Of a stretch of 64,000 nucleotides of DNA, positions 13,475 to 23,918 are shown piece by piece; the first letter of the stretch is position 1, and each line of letters opens with the position of its first letter. Under the pieces are notes generated by a model. The model was not told the origin of the DNA. It saw only the letters and a program-made list of their open reading frames with translations, and made no database searches. The translations under genes were made by a program, and so were the position numbers. This stretch comes from Selaginella moellendorffii (Eukaryota > Plantae > Lycopodiophyta), in assembly GCF_000143415.4 (NCBI RefSeq), contig NW_003314268.1, forward strand, positions 2,062,494 to 2,126,493, written 5' to 3'.

Positions 13475-15038
13475 TCAGTAGTAGGATGCAGTGGTGTACC
13501 GTGCTGGCGAGGCGCCAGCGGATCGAGGGACGTGCGCGCGCCAGTCGTGCTGATCCAGGTCTGTGCTCATCCGCGGCGGCGGCGGCGTCATATCTCTCCT
13601 CCGGGCAGCTTGGTGGTGGCTGAAAGTGGCGCTCCGCCCCAAGAACTGCTGGTGCTGGTGCACGGGATTTGCAGCCGAGGAAGGTGAGCCGGACGAAGAA
13701 GTGGACGAGGCCGTCCGCGCGGTCATCTTGCTCGACTGCTGCATATCCCGCATGGCGATGAGCGACTGGAGGAGCGACACGGCCTGCGGCATCCGGGGCC
13801 GGAGGCGGGGATCGTCGTGGAGGCAGCTGAGCGCGAAGTTGGCGAGATCTCTGGCCGCCGACAGTGGATTGCAATGCAGCAGCCTGGGATCCAGGATGCT
13901 GCCCAGCTTGCTGCTGTCGTTCACCACGCCCCTCGCCCACTTGACGAACAGGCCCTGCTGGGATCCGCCACGCCCGCCGCCCAGGATGAGCCTCGCCATG
14001 TTGGTCTTGCCGCTCACAAGCTCCAGGAGCAAGATCCCGTAGGCGGTCACGTTGCCGGCCTTGGAGGCGTCACAGCTCTCCTCGCTGAGTAGGAGCTGGA
14101 GCTTGACCTCGTGCTTGTTCTTGCCGATCTTGTCCACCAGGACATTTGAGGGGCCGAATCGCGACGCCTGAGCAAGAGATAAGAAGAAAGCTCTTAGATC
14201 TGTGTGTCTGGTCGGCGTCTGGACGAAATCCAGATCGAGAGAGAGAGAGAGAGAGAGATCATGACTACTACTAACCTGGAAGGGGGAGGATTGATGGAGA
14301 AACGCCAGGCCCTGCGCAGCTGCCAGGGCGATCTTGAGCCTGGCGTCCCAATTGAAATCCATCCTCTGGACGCGCCCTCCTCGATTGTGATCCGATGCTG
14401 ATGGTAGCAGCAGCAGCTCGTCCAAGCCCGCGCTCGTCTCGGACGCCTCAAACACCACCAGCCGCCGCGAATTGGCCAGCGAGAAGCCGATGATCCGGCA
14501 CACATTGCGATGCTCCAGCTGGGTCACGCGATGCAGCTGCTCGATCCATTCCTCCTGCGACACCCGGCGGCGGCGCGATCAGAAACCCTCTCCCCAAGAC
14601 TTGGAAATCGGAGCTTACCTCGCTCGTCGCGCAGGAATGGAGAACAAGAACGTCCACCGCTATCTCTTCCTGCTCGAGGAAGCACCGGTGCACGGATTCC
14701 CGCAGCTGGGATCGAGGCGCGAAGTGATTGCACAGCCGAGCCAAGCGCTCGAACTCGAATCGGCGGAGCCGGCTGTCGCGCGCGCTCCAAGAGCTGGAGA
14801 TCGATGGCACCGGCGGCAATGGCTGGGGAGGCGAGCGGCCACGGGCGGAGAAATCCGTCGGCGCTGGCAATGGGTGCGGCCGCCGGACGCTGCTGCTGCG
14901 ACGGGCATGATTCGGGGATCGATCTGGTGGTGGAGCCGCCGCTGGCATTGGCCACACGCTCGCATCTTCGTCGCCTCGCTTGATCTTCTTGTTCTTCCTG
15001 TTCTTGGCGCTGCCTCTGGAGAATCCGAGGCAGCCCAT
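13475..15038 (-). CDS. Receptor-like cytoplasmic kinase (RLCK-VII-like) pseudokinase, N-acylated (3 exons)
   Basis: MGCLG myristoylation/palmitoylation start, LRRFEF, LEHRNVCRIIGF..RRLVVFE, WDARLKIALAAAQGLAFLH, YGILLLELVSGK, CLHDDPRLRPRM. Catalytic motifs are degenerate. Confidence 0.8.
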
Positions 15039-15465
15039 TGCTTTTGCTGCGCTGCGTGCCCTGGAATGGCGCGGTGGACCGTGCGCCGTGGTTGCGCGGT
15101 CTAACTTGGAGCCAAGGGTTATAAAGTCAACAATTGCATTGCATTACCCATGCATGGACATTGGTAATGTTTGAAGCCTCCAATTATGGACTTGGACGAT
15201 TCAATTCAAATCCATCCATTCAACCATCAACTCCTAGGAACCAAACAAAAGCAAGAAGCTCTCCTGCAAACTCGGGGCTGACCTAGAACGTGAGATCCTG
15301 GCCTCTTGGTCATCTCCAGACGCCGTGCTTGATCCGGTGGGTGAGGTTGCGCAGGGTCAATCGTACTTCCCCCTTCCAAATTACGCGTTGCTTTGGATCT
15401 AGACTAGAGATTTTCTCCAACTCTTGTCAAAACCCTAGGAATGTGGGTAGTAGGGTAGCGGGGGA

Positions 15466-18400
15466 ATGAAGGCGCTCTCCCTGCTGGCGCTGGCTCTGGC
15501 GCTGGCGTCGCTTCTCCAGATCCGCCCAGCTGCCGTCGCCAATCTGTGCGATGCCCTCGACGATCGCCAACTCCGGATCACGGGTAATGTGTCGAGCGAG
15601 CTGATTATCAGGTTCCGGGAGTACAGGCATGCGTCGATCCACAAGCGAGCGCTGCTGGAGGCGCTCCACGGCGTGTCCGGATGGGAATGGATCGATCGGA
15701 ACAACCCCGCGGCCGCATTCCCCACGGATTTCGGTCTTGTTCGGGTCGAGGATGGGTTTGCTCCCGGATTGGAGCAGCAGCTCCGGCGAGTGAGCTTCGT
15801 CTTGGATGTCTCTCCACAGATGCGTTTCACGCGCTCTCCTCTGGCCGAAGGGAAACCTCCTGGACGACTGCGCACTGGTTTCAGCCACGATGAGCAAGAA
15901 GAGGAACCACTTCTTGGGAATGTGACGCTCAGCAAGCGTCACCTTCTCATCCAGGTAGGGGAGTTCATCTCTCTCTTCTACCGGTCGCTCATTTGGATTT
16001 TGATGGGGCAGAGGTCTCAAATAACATCCATGTTTGGAGCTGAGAAGCTCTGGGCGAAGGGATTTACTGGAGCCAAAGTCAAGATGGCAGTTTTTGATAC
16101 TGGTGTAAGGTCGGATCATCCACATTTTCGAGACATTAAGGTACGCATCTCTTTTTGTTTTACACCTGTTATATAGCGTACAACAGGAAAGAACAAACTG
16201 GACAAACGAGGACACTCTGAATGACAATCTCGGCCATGGAACGTTTGTTGCCGGTGTCATCTCCAGCCAAGATCCGCAATGCCTCGGCTTTGCACCCGAT
16301 GCTGAAATATACGCTTTTCGTGTCTTCACTGACGCGCAGGTTGGATTTTCCTCTAAAACTTCAAAGGTGACGCAGTGCCCGCAGTGTGCTTCCAGGTCTC
16401 TTACACCTCATGGTTCTTGGATGCCTTCAACTACGCCATTGCCACAAGGATGAATATTCTCAACCTCAGTATTGGTGGCCCCGACTATCTGGATCGTCCA
16501 TTCGTTGAGAAGGTCTTCGAGAAACTTTAGAAATATCTTCTGCTTGTTTGCTGACACTGTCATCAACAGGTATGGGAACTCACAGCCAACAACATTATTA
16601 TGGTATCAGCCATTGGAAACGATGGGCCCCTCTACGGAACTCTGAACAATCCTGCTGATCAAAACGACGTGATTGGTGTTGGAGGGATCGATCACAACGA
16701 CCATATTTCGTCCTTCTCATCTCGCGGAATGAGCACCTGGGAAGTTCCTCATGGGTATGTGGTCACTAATCCATCTGAAAAATATAACTTACTCCAAGTT
16801 TTTCGGTTCCAGGTACGGGCGCATCAAGCCCGATATCGTGGCCTACGGACGCGATGTTTTTGGATCCAAAATAACTAGCGGCTGTAAGAGCCTGTCCGGA
16901 ACAAGTGTCGCGAGTCCCGTTGTTGCGGGTGCCGTATGCCTTTTGGCTAGCGTTGTTCCTGAGAGCGTCCGGTGGAGTATCTTGAATCCGGCAAGCATGA
17001 AACAAGCGCTTGTGGAGGGTGCAACTCGTTTAAATGGTCCCAACATGTATGAACAAGGTGCTGGCCGTTTGAACTTGTAAGGTGTCTTTCTTGCGCTCCC
17101 GAGTTTTCATGTACTAACGTGAGAATGCGCAGGCTGGACTCTTACGAAATTCTTGTCAATTACCGTCCCCGTGCCAGTGTGATGCCGGCCACCCTCGACT
17201 TTACAAGCTGCAATTACGCATGGCCGTTCTGTAGGCAACCGCTTTACGCTGACGCAATGCCAACGATGTTCAATGCGACCATTCTAAACGGCATGGGTGT
17301 GATAGGCTACCTGGAGTCGCTTCCTATATGGATCCCCGGGCAGAACGGGCAACTGCTCAACGTTCGGGTGACGCACTCGACGGTGATTTGGCCGTGGACA
17401 GGATACTTGGGCATCTACTTAGAGGTGACAGAAGATGGTGCCAGTTTTACCGGTGTAGCGGAAGGAAACATCACTTTCACGGTCGTCTCTCCGCCAGCGA
17501 AAGGCGAGAACCAGTCGAGAAGAAGCTCCGTTGTGCTACCCGTTAGAGTTGCAGTGATTCCCACTCCACCAAGGGCCAGAAGGATCCTCTGGGATCAGTT
17601 TCACAGTATACGCTATCCGCCAGGTTATATACCGCGAGATTCATTGGACGTCCGGAATGACATTCTTGACTGGCACGCGGACCATCTTCATACAAACTTC
17701 CATGCCATGTTCGACGCATTGAGAGATGCCGGCTACTATCTCGAGACATTGGGATCTCCATTAACTTGCTTCGAGGCCAGGAACTATGGGACTTTGTTGA
17801 TGGTCGACCTGGAGGACGAGTTTTACCCGGAAGAGATTGACAAGCTTCAAGATGACGTGGAGAGGCATGGCCTGGGGGTGATAGTCTTTGCGGACTGGTA
17901 TCACGTGGATACCATTGTCAAAATGAAGTTCTTTGACGACAACACTCGAAGCTGGTGGACTCCTGCCACGGGTGGTGCAAATGTTCCTGCCTTGAACGAC
18001 CTGCTTGCACCATTTGGTATAGCTTTCGGGGATAGCATCTTGAACGGAGCCTTTTCCTTAGCAGGGGAGCGGTCTCACTACGCTTCGGGCACAGATATTC
18101 GCAAGTTTCCTGCTGGGGGGTTTATACACAGGTTCACTTTGCAAGACAATTCTGCTGCAAACAAAGCCGTCAGTACAGCTACATCGAGGTCTTCTATCCG
18201 AACGCAGGTAAGGGAGCATCTTCTTTGCATTACAAGCATTGATCACGTCCTTGATTTTGCAGGTAGAGTCACCAGTGCTTGGAGCTGTGACGGCTGGAAA
18301 TGGACGCCTAGCTGTTTATGGCGATTCAAACTGTTTAGACAGCAGTCACATGGTAACAAACTGCTACTGGCTCCTGAGAAAGCTCCTGGACTTTACCAGC

Positions 18401-19077
18401 GACAACGTCTATGATCCGGCACTATTCTCCTCTTCCAACGAGCTTTCCTCGCCCCTCGGCGGGCCGGACACTCATCTGCCGTTACGCAGACCGGACGTAA
18501 ATCTCACGGGTTATTCACTGGTGCTCGGCCACAAGATGCAGTGTGGCAGTGACGCTCCGACTAGCATCCGGCAAGCAGTGTACGATGGTAACATGGACAG
18601 ACGCTTACACAGGTCGCTGCCACAACGCCAGCCAATGGGCAACAATATCAACTTGAGCTCGGAAGGCACCAGGCCTGCAAACTTGTCCTTGGCCAAAAAG
18701 CAGAGTACCATGCTGGATGATCGACATCAGAGGCATTACGCGATTGGTAAGACTGCGCGGAATCAAACCGGTCATGTGGCGATCTTACCAGTTTTCTGGA
18801 CGCGTGATGAGGTTAGTGCTCCACTATCTCTCTCTTTTTGCTCGGCCTTCTAACAAGTTTATGCTGCAGTTGGAGTCCCCAGTGCTTGTCGCAGTTCACT
18901 GGTTCGTCCCTCTGCTTTTGTGTATAACAGGTAAGGAGATGAGAAAAATCCCGTGAATGGTTTTGATGTGTTCTTCTCCGCGTAGGATTCATTCTGACAC
19001 TGAGCTTGTGGCGGGTACGTCAGAGGAGGAGAAGAAAAGCTCGGAAAAACACGGGTACCCGCTTGTTGATTTTCTGA
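15466..19077 (+). CDS. SBT6.1: Site-1 protease / subtilase SBT6.1 (multi-exon)
   Basis: Catalytic triad motifs FDTG, GHGT and GTSVASP; [18 protein letters not shown]; C-terminal TM plus basic tail RQRRRRK; TGA at 19075-19077. Confidence 0.95.
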
Positions 19078-19117
19078 GCTACGTTTTAATTATTGAAGAA
19101 GAATAGTATGCTTTCAA

Positions 19118-20815
19118 CTAAACTAGTTGATATATGTTTGAGACTAACACGTATGGAGCTGGATCGCCCGATCCCAGCGTCACAGACTTGTTTGCTGCTT
19201 TGGCTCCCATCTCCTCGTCACTGTGTGTGCTGCATGCACCAAGCAGTGTTCTCCAGGCAATTTCATCGGGTGAATAAGGCATCTGTGTTACCAAGTCTTG
19301 CGCGTCACCCAGCAGTCCAGCCCTGCTCAGAAGATCGACGACGCAAACGTAGTGGTCTCTCGACGCTACCACGCCAAAGTCCGCCTCCATCGACAGAAAA
19401 TAGCCGAGGCCTTGGCGGACTAACCCTCCATGGCTGCAGGAGCTGAGAACGCTCAAGAAGACCACCTCGCTGGCCTGGATGCCATGGAGATTCATCGAGT
19501 GGAAGAGCTCGAGAGCATCCTGGACCAGCCCACTGTGGCAGTAAGCCGCGATGATGGCTCCCCAGCAAACGGTGTCAGCGTCGGGGATCCTCTCGAACAA
19601 GCTCCGGCTTTCTTGGAGGAGTCCACAGCGAGCGTATCCCACGATCACCGCCGTCCAAGTCACGCGGTCTCGAGTTTCCATGCCGTCGAAGATGCTCCTG
19701 GCCTCGCTCATCATCCTGCTGCTCGCGAAGGCTTCGATCATCACGTTCAGCACGACTGTGTCCCACTGAGGCATGGCGTGGAAGAACTCCTGAGCGTCTG
19801 CGATACGACCGCAGCGAGCGTAGACCGAGACAAGGATCGTGAAGGCTGCTAAGTTTTGCTGTGGCATTGAGTCGAAGCTCCTCTTTACCTCGTCGAGATT
19901 TCCAGATTGAGCATAAGCTTCGAGCATGAGCGTGAACACGACCAAGGTCCGTTGTGGGATTTTCTGGAACAAGGACGCGGCTTCTATCGCAAGAGCTTTC
20001 CGAGCGTAGCTTTGCAGCATCGAAGCCCAAGACAAGGAGCTCCTCTCGGGCATTTCCTCGAAGACCATCTTGGCTTTCTCCATCTGTCCGGTTTGGGCAT
20101 AAGCTGAAAGCATTGCATTCCAAGTGACTGAGTTCTTCTCTGGCATCTCCTCAAAGAGTTCTTTGGATGTTTCTAGCTTACCGCTTTGTGCAAACGAAGA
20201 AGCCATCGTCGTCCACGAGATCACATCAGTGACAGGGATGAGATAGAAGATTCTTTTCGCTTCTTCAAGTTGTCCTTTCGCGGCATACGCTTGCAGGATC
20301 AAGTTCCACGACACCACCGAGCGCTCTGGAAAGATATCAAAAAGGTATTTTGCCTCCAACGCTTGTCCAGCATCTGCCAAGACACTCAACATTGCGTTCC
20401 ACGATATGAGATCAAATTGTGGCATCTTATCAAACAAGAGCCTTGCCTCGTGAGTATGCCCATTGTGGGCATACGCCTGGAAGACGGTGGTCCAGGTGAC
20501 GACATCTCTTGCGCTACAACGGTGAAAGGCTTCTTTCGCTTCATCAAAGAGCCCATTATCGACACAGCACCGGATATAAATGTTCCACGAGAAGACATTT
20601 GGGTGTCTTATCTGCAAGAAAACCTCCTTGGCTTCGTCCAAGGCACCCAGCTTCCCAAGGGCATGGATTAAAAGGTTACATAAAAACCTGCACTGTGCAT
20701 GATCCCTCTCATGGCTGCTCGTCGTGACACTGGCATATGCACTCTTGACTGCTTCGAGGTTAAGTGATCTGACTAAACTGTAGAACGCATTCCTCGTTTC
20801 TATGCAACTTTTCAT
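19118..20815 (-). CDS. PLS-class PPR protein with many 31-aa S-type repeats and E domain, no DYW (intronless)
   Basis: 565-aa ORF with repeated VSWNAML..YA..G..EA..LF..MP units, ending HYVCVVDLLSRAG...PAPYVLVSNIY. Confidence 0.92.
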   Translation of the reverse strand: MKSCIETRNAFYSLVRSLNLEAVKSAYASVTTSSHERDHAQCRFLCNLLIHALGKLGALDEAKEVFLQIRHPNVFSWNIYIRCCVDNGLFDEAKEAFHRCSARDVVTWTTVFQAYAHNGHTHEARLLFDKMPQFDLISWNAMLSVLADAGQALEAKYLFDIFPERSVVSWNLILQAYAAKGQLEEAKRIFYLIPVTDVISWTTMASSFAQSGKLETSKELFEEMPEKNSVTWNAMLSAYAQTGQMEKAKMVFEEMPERSSLSWASMLQSYARKALAIEAASLFQKIPQRTLVVFTLMLEAYAQSGNLDEVKRSFDSMPQQNLAAFTILVSVYARCGRIADAQEFFHAMPQWDTVVLNVMIEAFASSRMMSEARSIFDGMETRDRVTWTAVIVGYARCGLLQESRSLFERIPDADTVCWGAIIAAYCHSGLVQDALELFHSMNLHGIQASEVVFLSVLSSCSHGGLVRQGLGYFLSMEADFGVVASRDHYVCVVDLLSRAGLLGDAQDLVTQMPYSPDEIAWRTLLGACSTHSDEEMGAKAANKSVTLGSGDPAPYVLVSNIYQLV

Positions 20816-20915
20816 GAATTAACGTTACTCGGAGTCAGGGATCATCTCTAGACAGAACACAAGGATCAGCATTTGACTCGGAGATACCAGCTTCTCGAAC
20901 ACCATTGCTTTGCTC

Positions 20916-21420
20916 TCAGACACAAATGGAACACCATGTAGGCTTTGATATGGGGTTGTTCCGCATGCGGTGAAACACCCACATCTGATTTCTTGCAAGA
21001 TTTGAGGTGGGTTTTTTGGCATTGACTTTTAAAGCCAGGCAAGAAAGTTTAGACATTGAGCGAGTTTGCAGCATGCCATGTACCCACTCAAAGTCATGCT
21101 GCACAGCAGCAGCATCCGGATGATTAATCACGAAGGACATCCACTCCTTTGTGCACTCGCCAAGCGATGCAGGAATGGTAACCTGGTAGGGAGTGTACTT
21201 TCTTTGTGCTGCAGCTGCTTCCCAAAGCATGCTTGCCATGTCAGGCAAATTTAAGCAACTGAGCTCAGTCATCAGTCATTGTGGCTCGCCTACCATAAAC
21301 ACCAAGTCCTGCAGCAGCTTCTGCCTTTTGAATATCAGGGCAGACACGAACTGCAGCCCCAAAATCGTAGAAGTAGAAGCAGCAGCCATCTTGTTGACGT
21401 TCATTGTACATCCCCACATT
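20916..21420 (-). pseudogene. Possible gene remnant of unknown family
   Basis: The 118-aa ORF continues upstream in frame for about 47 codons past one TGA. No recognisable motif. Confidence 0.2.
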
Positions 21421-21719
21421 CCTAAGAGTGGTATAGAAAGTAAAAGACCCTGAAACCTAAAGTTCTTTCCTAATCATTGGAGTCATGTGGGAATCAAGGG
21501 ACTAACAAGTGAAGTGAATATTTGAGACAAAACCATAAATTCACTCACAGTAATCTTATGTATTTAAATATAGGTAGCATATTACTAAATACTATACATT
21601 GGTATCCATATGAAATATCCATATATATGACAAATTCATTACATATGATTTATGTACACCACATGTCATTGGGCGTACATAAATTGAGAGGGGTGTCATG
21701 ATTCTGTAAAAAGTGTGCA

Positions 21720-23195
21720 CGAATTAATGCATTATGCTATAAGGTTTTGCAGACAAAAGCAATTTTGTCAAATAGTGAGAAAGGAGTGATTTAGAGCATT
21801 TGATCCCAGTTTGTTAGAGGTAGTGATCTTGTATTGACAATTTTGTGATTAAACATAATGTAATGCACATTTTCACTATTATGATAAATTATTGTAGAAT
21901 AACTACAGAGTGGAAGGGGAAACAAAATGAAATTTGAGTTTTAAAGCCTTGGGCCATTAAACAAAAAAATTGCTACACGTTGCACATAGCAATGCTAAAA
22001 TTAGCACTATTTTCAATATACTAATGGTTAAACTTGAGGATATAAATACCTTTGACCTAAGCCAAATACAAAACAAGAACAGAAAACAATGTCTTAGATT
22101 AACATAACCTACCCATTATTATACCCCTCTTAAAAAGATTGACATCTTTGTTAATGCATACTTTAATTTAAACCCTGACTAAAAAAATAACCATTGAAAA
22201 ACTCATACTTTGTAATAAATGCACCAACTTAAATGAGTTATATGAGCAAACAAATTAAATTCATTAGTAAAATTTAAATAAATTGGTAGTTAGAGCAACA
22301 ACTTCAGTTAGGTCCAAACCTGCTGCCAAAAATGAGTTGGCAAACTTAAAATTTCTTAAAAGTATTTGTGGATGAATTCCAAGAAAGATTCTGATTTATT
22401 TTAGAAGCCATTTTAGTCACAACAAGAATGGTATTATAGAATTCTTGAAAGATAATGTGATAAAAACTATATATAAAAACAAAAAAGAAAGTGTTATTTC
22501 TAAATTTTATAAATTGATGTATATATCCTTTCAACCATATTTTGGAGAGAATCAAGCTTTTAATTGCTGTCCAAAATATCATATGCATGCAGCAAGCTTT
22601 TGTGTAAAAAACTGCTCATCGAAAATAACATAAATACAGAGAAGCAGATTAATATTAGCTTTATATCTTAGATGAAAGTGCGAGAAATGCCACCATATAA
22701 ATAATAATAAAATGGTAGGCTTTTCGTGTCCAAGAACAATCTTGTGCATTCCCAACACCCGAGCCACCCCGGCACCCTACAATGCTGCCCAAAAATTGCT
22801 CATAAAGGGGCATTTGGCTGGACAAGTGTCTCCTTGGAGGGCCTTCAAGCTTAAAGGCAGCTTGCAAGGAGTATAGGAACATCGTGGGAGTAGAATGGAG
22901 TCTATCAAGACTAGTTATTTGTCCCTTGTGAATAACAAAGTGCTTCTAAAGCTTGCAAATCATATAACAATGTTAATCATACAAACCTTCTGAGCTGAAA
23001 AAATTGGTGAACCAAACGAATATTTTTTCCAAACAAGTGATTCATTTGGAATGTCCCAGAGCTTGAGCATGACCAGGCAAGAGAGTGTGGATAACACTCT
23101 GTCATAGAGTTACAAATGATGATCATCACCCCATGGCCTCCGGGAACTCGGGAAGAGAGCAGTGTCGTAAGCTGAAGGACTGAATTCCCCCTTGC
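21720..23195 (-). pseudogene. Decayed diterpene synthase (CPS/KS-type) pseudogene
   Basis: Minus-strand translation gives GKGEFSPSAYDTA, FPSS, WGDD..*LYDRVLSTLSCLVMLKLW (23195-23050) and LDRLHSTPTMFLYSLQA (~22910-22860), matching the SxSAYDTAW, SWGD..YDR..TL.C..L..W and HxxPTTLLxSLEG motifs. Has stops and deletions. The distal boundary is uncertain. Confidence 0.75.
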
Positions 23196-23918
23196 CACTC
23201 GCGGCCGTGCGTTGTGTTATGGGCCGTGGTAGCGGGAGGCTAAGGCAGATTATTTTATGCTCTCTCATCTTCGTTCTCCGTTCTCTCTCCCTCAGCTCCG
23301 TTATGGCCCATTCTCTCTTCTCTTGGTCCTATTCTTGTGTATCCCGCGGGGTCTCAACATAATTGGCAGCCGTGGCCGATGATTAGAAGTCTCCATCTCT
23401 GACAGTGTAAACGACCTTTTCCATTTTGGCTTCGCTGTCCTTTAATCTAATCATATGAACTGAGTCGGCGGGGCCTTTGCAGCGAGCTTCATTACTTGGG
23501 GGGCGCTCCGAGACTTTGTAAACAGTATAAAATGAATAAGCTTACGACACTGCACACAGAAGATTTTTGGACACTAATGTCGGATACGCCAGCTAGGTTC
23601 TCATGTTCTCCACTGCTGCACAAGTAAGAGCAACAGCGGCTGTGCGGGCACGACTGCTGGGTCGTTTAGGCCAACGTTGCATTCTGGAGTATAGCGCAGC
23701 CAGGTAAGCCAAGAAACCACCCAGGCTGATTATGCGTTCTTTCTTAGTGGTTTTTTCTTTGCAATCCCTACTGCTTGTTGGAGCCGGAGCGTGGATCTGG
23801 TAGAGGTGGACGGGTCCGAGCTCGAAGCATTCTGGTGATGCTCAGTGACGAGAGTTCTACTATACTGTGGATGGCCAGCTGACGAATAGTGCTAGGACGA
23901 GATTTGGAAAGCAACTAC

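Noticed and set aside
23372-23470. Possible box C/D snoRNA (GATGA...CTGA with GCCGA/TCGGC ends)
   Set aside because: The C box is imperfect and I could not find a convincing rRNA or snRNA guide by eye. It would need snoscan or Infernal.
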